A stretch of 64,000 bases of DNA from the human T2T-CHM13v2.0 reference genome, Homo sapiens. The notes under the pieces are model-generated. The model made no database searches. It was not told the origin of the DNA and was given only the letters and a program-made list of their open reading frames with translations. Below, piece by piece: positions 47,973-61,729 of the stretch (positions within the stretch are counted from its first letter, which is position 1; the number at the start of each line of letters is the position of its first letter). Location: assembly GCF_009914755.1 (NCBI RefSeq), contig NC_060933.1; one strand, given 5' to 3'. Position numbers and translations under genes: made by a program.

Positions 47973-50900
47973 ACTAGAGCCTGCACTCTTAGCCACAAAG
48001 CTGTATTGCCTCTCCTTTAGAGGACGTCATGGATCTCGCAGGCCAATGGCCTAGCTTCTATGTTCTATTTATGTATGTTTACTTGTACTTTTAAGAGTCA
48101 TGTTTTTTAGCTTCATGAAAGAAGCAATAACGAGGCTTAAAAATCCCTTTCTAGCTGTTTACCCTGTGGAATGGCAGAGAGTTAGACTGCATCATAGAAA
48201 AACATTGCCTAACAGGACTCCTTGGTGAGACGCAGGGCCTGGTTTTCTAGCCTCAGCCGTAGGGTATTGCTTGGCTTGCTTCAGGCTGCCTTTCTGAGGC
48301 TGGGAAGACTGTAGGGAAGGATGGTGAATACTTTTTGAGAATGCAGTGCTAAAACTTTGGCTGTCCCTGCTGGAGCTAGTATGTCTTCAGCTTACATGTG
48401 AAACCAGGTCTCTGGAGTCTTTGGCCTCTGGGAAAGCACTGGAGTGCCTAGGTGTTAGAATTGAACCAGACCAACTGGCATTTTAGTTTCCTGTCTAGTG
48501 AAAGAAAAAACCCAGACATGAAAACCCAGTGAAAGAATTATTTGAGTGATTCTGGGAAGATGGTGGCGGCAGTAGCATATTTTTAAATTCTCTCTTAATC
48601 CGTATTCCCCCACCGCCCCACTGTAAACATTCAGAACAACTAGATAGCAAACCCTGAAACCCATGAACAAAATTGTAGTAAACCTAGGTGACAAGTTATC
48701 GTCATCACCCCCAAAATACAAGTGGTTGAATATATACCACCAACATCCACAAGACCTTCAGGGTATCAGCATCTGTAGAGGAGAAAGCAGAATAAGCACT
48801 GGGGTATTTGATAGACTTGAGAATAAGAGAACCCCAAAGTTGTCAATAGGTATTTGCTAGAAAGTTCAGTGGGTCAGGGTGGGAATAGCAGCTGAAATTG
48901 GCAGGGATTTTGACTATTCAAATAATGGGTGAGTAGAAGGGATCTGTGGAATAGCCATTATGACCTCTTGAAACCAGGCAACTAGGGGGTCCCTTCTAGA
49001 ATGATGCTGCGTACCTAAGAAATTCAGTAGGGAGTGGAGTCAAAATGATCAGAAAAGATAGAGATAGTTGTGGCAAAAGATGATCTAAGAGTGTGTGTGT
49101 ATGTGTGTGAGTGAGAGAGAGAAATCTCAAGAAATAGTGGCTATGGTGTTGAACACTACATGAAAGCAACCTAAAACAGCTGTGTGAAGTTAGAAAAGGT
49201 ACTCTGAACCATATTGCCCTGTAAAAGCTCAGGAAAACTAATTTTGCATAAACATAAGCAACAGGAAATTATTGCTGTCAAATCTCATTCAGAGTTATTG
49301 TACAAAAAAAGAGACAAGAATCCCTATAGACAATGAAAGCATGCCACAAAAACAGACAAAACCTGTAACTGTTTATTTTTAAATGAGCTAAGAGATGTTA
49401 AGATCACACATGAAGAACATAAATCAGAAATACAAAAATCTCAGAAATGAGATGACAGAACTTAGGGAAGACTTAAAAATAAAAGAATTCTTTTGGAAAT
49501 GAAGATTGAACTAGAAGGAACACAGGAACACATAAACATAACAGAAAATGCCTAAGGGAGGAAACTTTTTCACATGAAAATAAATGAAGAAAGAATAAGA
49601 CTTTGGGAAAAAGTGACAAATATTCATGATAGCCAAGGAACATCCAACATACAGACAATAGGAATGCCTGAAAGCAGGGAACAAAAAGGCAAGGGAACTT
49701 CACAAATAATTAAAACTAAAATTTAGGAAAATGTTCATGATATTTAAAAAAAAAAAAGATTTGAAACCGCATATTGAAAGAACACACCATGAAGCCGAGA
49801 ATGTCAACCCTAAATGGTCAATACTAAAGACATATTTTTTTTTTTACAAACTACTGGGTTTTAAAGGAAAAAAAATTATTTGGGCATTTAGGCAAAAACA
49901 GCAAATGACATATACAGGAAATGATTAGATTACCATCAGTCTTTTTTGACAGAAACATGTTTTTTCCAAAAGGAAATGGAACTACATAATTAAGGAAAGA
50001 AAGAAAAAGTGAGCCAAAGAATTTATAATATATCCAGCAAGACTGACTTTAAAGTATAAAGGACACAAACAAACTGTTGTGAACATGCAAAGACCTCAGA
50101 ATTTTATTCCCCTGAGCCCTTCCTGAGGAATCTATGAGAGAATGAATCTTAGATAATGAACATAATTAGAGAACCATCACTATAAAGACAGAGAGCAGTA
50201 AACATGCAATTACTTGTGGAATTAAGACTGAATGAGGGTTAAAGGTAGAGGGTATAGTTTGTAATGAATGTATGCCCAGATGGTAGATATAGTATGACTA
50301 TAGGATAAAGTAAATGAAAACTTACGGGATTCTGGAATGCTAGTATACTCTATGTCCTTGAGACCAAGATTTTCAAAATAGAAGAAAGGAGATACAGATG
50401 TAATACAGAAGAGGTTAAGTAAGTTTTTAAAAATGCCCTGAATTTGAATTGGAAATATTAGTATGAATTCTGCATTGTGGTCTTGAAATAGCATTTCTTA
50501 CTAAAAGAACCCATGGCTTCCGGAGAACTGGTTGATTCCAAGCCTGGGAAAGGACATGTTCAAGATGAGCCTGGTACATCTTCCCAGTACCCAGTGAGGA
50601 AGCTGTCAAGGAATAGGAGGGTTTGTGGCAAACGGACTCAAGAGCTAGGTAGAAGAAGCTCCCATTGCCCCATCATGGCACAATTTGAGCTTCAAAAGGA
50701 TAATAATTGCAAATGATTGAAACTCATCAAGCAATGGGTCACCTTTTGATGATAATGGGGCAGTTTATAATCTTAAAAACTGGTAAATATGAGGAAAGAA
50801 TCAAGCATTTGTCCTACCTTTTACTTTTGAACAAACTACACTGGATAACCAAACAGTAGATGAGGGAAAGTGTCTATTAAATTATTCAGTTAAGAAAAGG

Positions 50901-51250
50901 AAAAGAAATGAAAGAATTGGAATATCATCATTTTGTAACCCCAGTGAATGAAAATATCTAAGCAGTGAACATCAATAGCCACTAACATTACAAAAGGAGA
51001 GCCATTGTGTGCCTCCTGATGAAGCAGTGTGCCGCCACCTGCGGTCTTGCCAAAGGGATGCACCTGTGTCTGATGAAGTCCCTGGGTCCAGCTGCTGATT
51101 TGCAGACATACCAAGAATGGAAGAACACATTGACCTGTTCCATAAGTGTGGAGAACTTATGGCTTGGATTCTTCAGCAGATGTATTACAAGGAATATAAA
51201 GGGATGGAGAGAATATTTGTAGATTAAAAGAGATTTTAAAAGTACATATC

Positions 51251-51870
<620 letters not shown>

Positions 51871-52049
51871 TAGCACTTATCAAATTTTTAAAAAAGTGGA
51901 CAGGACTACCCTGTGATGTATAGGTGTATATACTTGAGTGATTAAATTATTTAAAAAACTTGAAGAAAGTCAGGATAATGGTTACTTTTGGTGGGAGAGA
52001 GACTTGTGATTGGGACAAGTCACATTGAAGAACTTCTGGGGTGGCTCTT

Positions 52050-52335
52050 TTATTCGTTTTGATTGTGCCAAAATATACGTAATATAAAATTTACTATCTT
52101 AACATTTTTCAGTGTACAATTCAGCAGTGTTAAGTACATTCACAGTGTCATGTAACCAATCTCCAGAACTGCTTTCGTCTTGCAAAATGGAAACTCTGTA
52201 TCCATTAAACAACTCCCCATTCCCTCTCCTCCCAACCCCCAGCAACCACTACTCTACTTTCTGACTCCATGATTTTGACTCTTCTAGTTACCTCATGTAA
52301 GTGGAGTCATATAGTATTTGTCTTTGTGACTTTTC
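52050..52335 (-). mobile_element. L1MA/L1MB 3' end
   Basis: aaaatttactatcttaac, ccattaaacaactcccc, tacctcatgtaagtggagtcatatagtatttg. Confidence 0.8.
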
Positions 52336-52352
52336 TGTAGATTTGACTTTCT

Positions 52353-52641
<289 letters not shown>

Positions 52642-54744
52642 TAGTTTGACATTTTTTAAAAATGAAAAGTTAAAAAAGCTTTAAATAAGTTACTGCTAGA
52701 TTAATTTTCAAAAGGAACAGAACAGTTCCTAGGCCCATCCCCTGACTCTTTTCTAAATTGCCGGACACGGGCTTTCTGTGGTTCTGTGAGTCAAAGCAGG
52801 AATAGATCTTTGGAGCTGATTACTCTGTTCTGTGCGCCCTCCTGGCCATGCCTTGGTGGAGTGGGGTAAAGCCAACAGCTTTTTTTGTTTGTTTATTTGG
52901 GGTCTGGAAGACCCTTACATTTAAGGTTGAGGCTGGGAAGAGAGGATTTAGTCAGCCACTGTTAGAGAGGAGAAATACTACATTTAACATATGCAAAAAA
53001 CTTTTTTTTTTCCTTTTGGCTAACCAAGTAGCATTTCCCTTAAAAGCCTGGGTTTTTAGAGGGCCCTGGACTAGGAGGAAGGAGGAGATGGGAGAAGGCT
53101 TAAGGAAGCCATTGCCAGGTGACTAGCTTGACTGGACATCCTATGTTAATGCTTTATTTCTCAAAATAAGGATAGGCCATTAAGAGACTTACGAGTGTTC
53201 TCGCTCAGCCCCACTACTGGCCGGATTTGCTGCTTGGAAACGAGAGTGGGAGGCTCCTTGTCTCATGTTTCTGTTGAGGCTGTAACATACCCCTAGAAAA
53301 TGCCTTTTCTCTCCAGGAAACCAAGGTACCTCTCCTGAGGGAGGGACAGGGCGCTGAGATGGTCCCGAGAGCTGGCTATGAAGTGTGACAGGACCTGACC
53401 TCACCTCTTACCCCAACCCCTACCCATACTTCCCACCCCCCTTTTTGGTAAAACTGAGCGGCCTTGAGGGTTCAAACTTCCAGGGAAGGATTACTCATCA
53501 GCGACCTCTAACATATGTTTGGCTTTTTAGTAAAATGGCATGAAATCGATAATCTGATGATCTTTGTAAGTATCTTGTATCAAAATATCCTTGCTCTAGA
53601 TACTGTATCTTTTTTGGTCAGAATTGAAAGGATAGAAATAGAGATTCTTCTGAAACCTCATTATGTATTTCGGACTAGCTAGTCTAAGTCTGGTGACCTC
53701 TGTTGTTGTTTGTTTTGAATAAAACACCTGAACACATTTTCTGACTTATGGTCTGAGCAGAGAGCAGAATATTTGAAACTTGGACCATCCAAAAAGTGTG
53801 AAATGTAAGGTCACTGCTTTAATAAATCATCTGGAAATTCAGTAGCAAACCCTAGAACTGGTGGCAGGATGGAAAGGAAGTTTTCTCATTTTCACATTAG
53901 CAGACGTTTGGTTCTTTTCCTAAATGACATTGCAAACATCCTGCCGGTTCTCCCGGATAGGGTGTTAACTTGAAGTGCAGGGGAGATTTCCAAGGTCCTC
54001 TGAGCTTTCAGGTCAAATCTCCTGTCTTTACAAGGCCTTTCTGTTCCCCAGGATGGCAGACTTAATCCAAATATGAGAAGCACTTGGCTAACCATCTTGA
54101 TGGATCTGGCAGAAGAAATGCCAGTCTGTTTGCACTGCTCAGGACATAGTTCTGAGCCATGGAGCTCTAGGCCAAACATAGACCTATAGGCCTTCAGGGC
54201 TTACTGGCCACTCAACACCCAGATTATGAGGGCCAGATACATTATGCTGATGTCAAGAGTCTCCTTGACATCAAGAGGTGTTGGGTGGAAACTGGAGGCG
54301 GAAGAGCTCAGATTCCGCTCCAGTGCTTCCTTATTCCTGGTCCTCTCTCCCACCTCTCAGCCAGGCTGGTGGCAGCATCTCACCCGTTTCCATGAAGAAC
54401 ACTAGCTCCGCTCCTGGGAGAGTACAAAGAGGCTCTCCACTGAAGCCAGCTGCATGTTTTCCTCTCCACTCTGCCTGAGGATGGTCTGCTTTGGCCTGTA
54501 TCCCGTGCTTCTCAGGAACCCAGTGACCTTGGACCACCTTTGAGTGTGTTGCCATTTTTCTCTAATATATTCTTAATACAAGGGTTTTTACTGGCTCAGT
54601 GGATTTTAAACATGTTCTTTAGAGCAACCTCAGTGCATGAATATTCAACCAAATTAATGGTCCCTTATTTGCTAGCTTATGTATTGGTCAGGAACCGTAA
54701 GTTCACATGCCAGTACATGAGCCCATCTGTGTGGCTTCCATTTT

Positions 54745-54935
54745 GACACACACACACCCCCTTACACTCAACACTCATTCTCTCACACACACACACACAC
54801 ACACACTTTCATATACACGCACACACGTACACCCTCACACATACACACACTTATACGCTTACACTCACATTCACACAGTCACACACACCATATACTCACA
54901 CACACACACACTCAGATACACACACATAAACACAC
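54745..54935. repeat. Degenerate (CA)n tract
   Basis: Read directly from the sequence. Confidence 0.9.
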
Positions 54936-56166
54936 TGTCTTATGTGTTTATTGAGCATCTGTCAGGTGCCAGGAACGCTACCTCTTGTCTTGAATTTTCA
55001 CCAAGATCCCATAAAATAGGGATTATTGTCATCATTTTCTAGATGTGGTACCTGACTGAGAGAGATTGTGTGTCAAAGAGAACATTGCCGTTAAGTGACA
55101 GTGTCCAGACACACACCCAAGCCCTGTAGACTCCAGAGCCCATTTGTTCCCTGTATCATGTCATCCTGGATGGCCTGTGTTCAATGGACAGAGTGTCTTC
55201 TCACATTAAAGGCATCCAAAGGTCTTCAGCTCTCCTCTCCCTGGCGTGTCACAGAGGCATCTCTTAACTGACATCTGGCATCCCATGTGACATGGAGGTA
55301 GGTGGATCACGTGAAGTCAGTTCAGTTCATGCCTTGGTCTGAAAAATGGTCAGCATGATGCTTCCTGTTACTGTCACCAGATGAGGTTCTTATGATGGGC
55401 ACAGCCTTTTAACCTGATGTGTGTCTTCTCTATTGATGACATTGCTGCATCTTAAGCCGGCTGTGGTGAAGGACTAGTTTTTTCCATTTGCAATAATTTG
55501 AGGACAGATACTTAAAATGTATATAATGGAAATGTCATGGTCATGTAAAAAATTGCTATGCAAGTTCCAAATGCTTGCTCTCAGCTTCTGTACTTCTCTC
55601 ATTGTGGGCTGGTGGAATAAACAGTTTGTTGTCCCGTGCTGGTCTGTGGGTGCGTCTTGAATAGCACTCTACCATATAATTTAGGGGCAGTATCAATGAC
55701 TTCAGAAGAAAAATATAATTTCTATAAGCCACAGCTTTAAAATGAACTTAATTTATAGTAATAGTGTTTCTGTTTAGCATTCTAATTTTAAATATTGTTT
55801 CTACAACTTTAAAAAATTACAAAAGTAGTTCATGCTTGAAATACAAATTCAAATAGTATGAAAATTTTCAAATAAAACTGTTCCCTTTTCTCCCAGGCCC
55901 ACCCCCCAAACAACTTTTATCAATTCCTAAATTGAAAGTTCATCTCACATTCAAGAAAGAAGGGTGTGGATCAGAATTTATGAAGCGGGGGAAGGGATGG
56001 GAGAGGCATTTCAGAAATGTATCCAATTTTTTACTCTATTTGGTCTTGTTTTTTATCTCAAAGGGGAAAGTATAACTTTTATGAGTGTATATGACTCTGT
56101 ATAAAGTAACATGACAGTTATCTTTGATGTACAGTATTTTCTAAAATTGATTCTCTTTTGTTGCAG

Positions 56167-56217
56167 AGCCAGATTACATTAATGGATATACCTGTGTTTA
56201 AAGCTATCCAGCCGGAG
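56167..56217 (+). CDS. RALGPS1: RALGPS1 third coding exon: SQITLMDIPVFKAIQPE (start of the CDC25/RasGEF domain)
   Basis: Acceptor ttctcttttgttgcag|A, 51 nt, donor GAG|GTCTGT; the spliced (P)EEFASQITLMD..F..I.P.E matches the first helix motif of RasGEF domains. Confidence 0.96.
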
Positions 56218-56669
56218 GTCTGTACTTTGTCTTTCTACTCTTCTATTCATGCTGTGGGTGGGCAGCGAGGATTTAGCCAGCCACTGTTAGAGTTTCTCAG
56301 TTTCTCTCTTGCAGGCTCTATAAATGCATGTTATCCATTTAAACCCCATTCTATTCTTGATGGTGCTCATGTTTTTGAGCCCAGTATTTGGATTTTCCAG
56401 AGAATGTCTCCCGTCTGGCCTACTCTGGCAGGGCTGGGAGCAGTTGGTACCCACAGGACTCCACGCCTGAGAGTCAGGTCTTAACACCCTCATTCCTTTT
56501 CCCAGGCTCCTCCTGCTGAAAATGTTTGCTTTCAAGAAGTGATGTGAGGGAACATTTTTCTGGAAAGTTCTCTTTTTGTTCATCCCAAATTCTGGTGGTT
56601 GCCTTGTTTCTATTTTTGAAACCAGTTGCCGAAGCAAACATGTACATATTTACATTGAAAGCATATATG

Positions 56670-56793
56670 GGTCAGGTGTGGTGGCTCACACCTGTAATCC
56701 CGGCACTTTGGGAGGCCTAGGTGGGAGGATCGCTTGAGATCAGGGGTTTGAGACCAGCCTGAGCAAAATAGTGAGTGTCAAAAAAAAAAAAAA
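56670..56793 (+). mobile_element. FLAM_C-type left monomer
   Basis: Left arm only plus A-tail; AAAGCATAT flanks. Confidence 0.8.
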
Positions 56794-56855
56794 GCATATG
56801 TACATTTTTAGAAACAGCATATTCAATAAAGGGTAAAAAGTTGATTTTGGTCTTA

Positions 56856-57095
<240 letters not shown>

Positions 57096-57714
57096 GTAGC
57101 TGAATAGGCTGAAGAGGAATTTATTACAAGGATAAAGGGACACTTTACAGAATTCATGGGGTGAGTTCAGGCATCCAGAGAGCCACCAGGACACAGGCAG
57201 TCCCTACTTCCTGCTCCGCTTTTACCTCTCCTTCTCCTGCTTTCTTGTCTGATTTGACCTGATTTGGCCTTTCCAAAGGGCCCACGTTTACATGATCTTT
57301 AAGTCACCGTCCCAGACTGGGACCAGCAGATTTCAGTCCAGGCCAGCATAGTCATGTGTCCAATGCTGGTCCAGTCACCTAAGGCCAAGAGTATGTGGTC
57401 AACATGGGCAAACACTGAGGGACCCAGCCTTGTGAGTGAGGTTCAGACCTCAGAGGAGAGGAGTGTGGTTGGGGAGATAGATCAAAAAGTGCTGCAACTA
57501 GGGTGTGAATTCCAGAATACTCTTAACTTAATGCCTTTCTTCTTACAGAACTGTTAAGACTTGACAAAGAGCATATCTTAACACAAAGTCACAGTGTTCA
57601 AGCCTTCCGAGAGCTGGCACCTAGTCTAGTAAAAATTAGGAGGAAACTAGTACCACTAGCTTTGTTCAGCATTTATGTGAAGACGTGGCAGTTATTTGTA
57701 TTATTGTATTATTA

Positions 57715-57740
57715 TGTGTGTGTGTGTGTGTGTGTGTGTG
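57715..57740. repeat. (TG)13 microsatellite
   Basis: Read directly from the sequence. Confidence 0.95.
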
Positions 57741-58269
57741 CTTGTGTCTGTGTGTTCATTAGGGTTGGGGAACAGAGCTTTGTTTGCTTTTTTTGAATTG
57801 GCTGACTTCCATTCTTTTTCTGTTTTGTTCTAATGTGGTATGATCCATTATTTCTAATCAAAAACAACATCAAATCACTGCCTCTTGAAGCCCTTTGGTA
57901 GAATAGGTGTGTGATGGTTGCCTTAGTTCTCAGCTGAAGCTGTTTCTGATTATGTTCTCTGCTTAGCTCTGATCTGGAGCAGTTTAGACATTTAGGGCTT
58001 TATTCTTCATCCGAACATCAAGGAGGGCAGCCCACCTGCCGTGAGCCCTGAACCTGCATGTGCCCAGGAGACTGGGATCCTTGCCAGGCTGCTGGAAGGA
58101 GGGAGGCGGGTGGGGGCTTCTTCCTCTTCAGAGGCATAGCCAAGGCCAGACCAAGACTTTTCCCCAGGGTGCTGCAGTTTGGAAGGTACCTCATCAACAC
58201 ATACCTTAGTTCAAGTTGTGACAAGATGTTAGAGTGGAGATGTTTTGTTTTCAAGACTGTAGTTTGTAG

Positions 58270-58478
58270 CAGTGGTTCTTAATCGTGGCTGCACATCAGA
58301 ATCACCTGGACAGTCTTGGAAACATGAGGGTACCCAGAGTCCCCTCCCCAACACTCCCCCACAGACCATTGAATCTGAACTTAAATCTCTTGATGGGGGT
58401 CTGAAACCTAATCAGCCCTATTTTGTAAAAGTTTCCCAGGTAATTCTGAGGCAGAGTGAGGATTCAGAACTAGTTGCT
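58270..58478. mobile_element. MER5A-like element (a second MER5-like piece lies at ~58810-58997)
   Basis: cagtggttcttaa..tggctgcacatcagaatcacctgg...cccaggtaattctga. Confidence 0.7.
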
Positions 58479-58998
58479 TTAAGGTATCTGGAGAAACCCC
58501 AGACTTGAACATTTTGGATCTATAACATGTTAGCTAAAAATGGAAGAGTTTGCTCCTCATTGTCAAAACTGTGGTCAAAGGAAGCACCCTGGGAGCTGCC
58601 CCAGCTTTTTTGCTGATGTTATTATCATTAGCAGACTGAAAACTGAAAATTTTCCTCTTGGGGATGCCTGCCATGTTGTGGCTGGACCACCCCAGAGTTG
58701 GAAGGGCATGAATAAAGTACAATTTTAAGTATGCAGAGGCCAGCATCTGAGAGCAAGATGGGTGCTTTGAGTGACCTATGCTCCCAGGAGATCAGGAAAC
58801 TTGTAGACTAGTGCCTTTCAACCCTTGCTGTGTTTCAACCCTGGCTGTGTATCAGCATCCACTTGGGAATTCTTTAAAAAAATTACAAATGCCTAGGCTT
58901 CAGCCTTAGAGATTCTAAATGCTTTGGTTTAGAGTGTGACTCAGGAATCTGCTTTTGACTGGGCACCCTAGTGGTTCCCAGTTGGATGAGAACCAGGG

Positions 58999-59122
58999 AT
59001 GTAGTGATTGTAAGACTGATAGCAATTTGCTTTGTGAAATCCTAATTTTCTAATTTCTAATTTTCTTATGTAGTGATTGTAAGACTGATAGCAGTTTGCT
59101 TTGTGAAATCCTAATTTTCTAA
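58999..59122. repeat. Tandem duplication, 55-bp core, period 69
   Basis: 58999-59053 versus 59068-59122, one mismatch. Confidence 0.95.
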
Positions 59123-60216
59123 AGATTTTTTCTTGCGTAGTTACTAAGATTACCCTTAATTCAGCCCACAGAGGTAAGAAGAAGAATATTAACCATGGAC
59201 CCTGTAGCCAGTACCTGAACCAGGCCTGTCTGAGCCCTGACCCTAGAGCTCAAGCTCTCAGCCCCTGTTGCATGTGGGTGTAGCCTGACTCCTGCACTGC
59301 ACAGTGGGCTTTTACCTCTTTTGATGTGGAAACAGCCATCTTACCAGGCTTCCATTGTGTAAGCAATATAGTTTATGAATATATTCCTAGGCTGTTCAGA
59401 TCCTTCACAACTGGAGAATTGATCCTGGCTGGGTCTAGATATGGTGATTTGGACTTCTGGGGTTGTCCTGGAAGACATCAGCCACTTCCTAGCTGGTCAT
59501 TTTTCCACCCTGGCTCAGGTTTCTGCTTTCCCATCATGCTGTTTGCCAACTCTGTGCTTATTAATGAGGAGATGGGGGTATTTAGCTTGAAAAAAGAAGG
59601 TACCTGAGGGACATGATTCTTGTCCTTGGAGATCTGAAAGGCTTTGAGCAAGCTATGAGGAGTTATGGTGAGACCTGGATACTTTTGGATGGTATTCGGG
59701 ATGGTCCTGGAAGAAGAATGTTCCAGGTTGTGGGATTAGCATGCACAGAGGGTGTGGTCAAGGACATTTGCTTTGATGGAGGAGTAGGGGAGATTTGAAC
59801 ATAAAGGCTTCTAAAGCCCTCCCTGCCATGGGGGTCCTTGAGTTTCTGGCGCTTGTCTGGAGGGCAGCTCCCAATGATGGAGTGGTGGGCAACACCCTTG
59901 CCCATGCAGACCCTTGCCTCTGTGTCCTTGCTTGGCTCCCTAGCCCTCTGACCTAATCCCTGAATGCCCAATGGCTCACTATGCACAGGGTTGAAAAGGG
60001 GTGGGTGCTGATGTGGACTGTTGCTGGGTAGCCTGGGCTGTTTACATTTTCCTGAGCATTTACTGTGTGCAGGCTCTAGGCTAGGCTCCTTAGATGTAGG
60101 GTCTCATTTAATCCGCATCACAGTGTTATGATGTACCTGCTGTTATTGTCTTTGTTTTATATATGAGGAAGCTAGAGCTCAGACATGTTAAGTATTATAA
60201 CTTAGTCCATGATTAC

Positions 60217-60735
60217 TGTATTAGTCCTCTGTTGCTATGTAACAAATTACTCCCACACTTAGCAGCTTAAAATAATAAGCATTTATCTCTCATAGTCTCT
60301 GTGGGTGAAGAATCCAAGAGTGGCTTAGCTGGGTGGTCCTGGCTCAGGGTCTCTCAGGAGGTTGTAGTCAAGATGTTGGCTGGGACTGTAGTCATCTGAA
60401 GGCTTGAGTGGGGATGGAAAGTCTGCTTCCAAGGTGGCTCGTGCACAATGCCTGGCCGTTGGCAGGAATCCTCTGTTCCTTGCCATGTGGAACTGTTCAG
60501 AGCCACTGAGTGTCCTCATGGCATGGCAGTTGACTTCTCCTAGAATGAGTGACCCAAGAGAACAAGACAGAAGCCAGCAAGGACTTTTGTGACCTGGCTC
60601 AGAAGTCACATACTGTCATTTGCACAGTATCCTATTAGTATCACAGATCAGCCCTCTTCACCAAGGGGGGCACTATACAAGAGCTGGACACCAGCAAGTA
60701 GGAAGTGGGGGACCCCTTGGAGACTGCCTACCACA
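60217..60735 (-). mobile_element. MLT1F-like solo LTR, near full length, inside a MIR
   Basis: TG...CA ends; gtggcttagctgggtggtcctggctcagggtctctc, cagaagtcacat, ctgcctaccaca. Confidence 0.8.
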
Positions 60736-61085
60736 GGCCTCAGGTCAGAAGGTCAAATACAGTTAGTCTAACTCCAGAACTTTCACAGTTCTGCCTCTGC
60801 CAGTGCCCCAGCTATGTGACCTTGGGTAAGTCACGTCACCTCTCTAAGTTTTGGTTTCCTCATTCATAGAGTGGTGATAGGAAGAGTACCTCCGTCATAG
60901 GGTTTATTTGGAGAATGAAATGAGATAATGCATATAGAGTACTTAGCACAGAGGCTGGAACCTATTAAAACAACAACAACCATTTTTGAACGTGTAGTGC
61001 ATACCAGGCATTGTGTTGAGCGGTTAAAGTCTTTATTCAGAGTTTGCTGCTATTATTACTATTGTTGTTGTTGTTGTGGCTGTGA

Positions 61086-61706
<621 letters not shown>

Positions 61707-61729
61707 CTATTCTTTTTAAACATTTCTTA

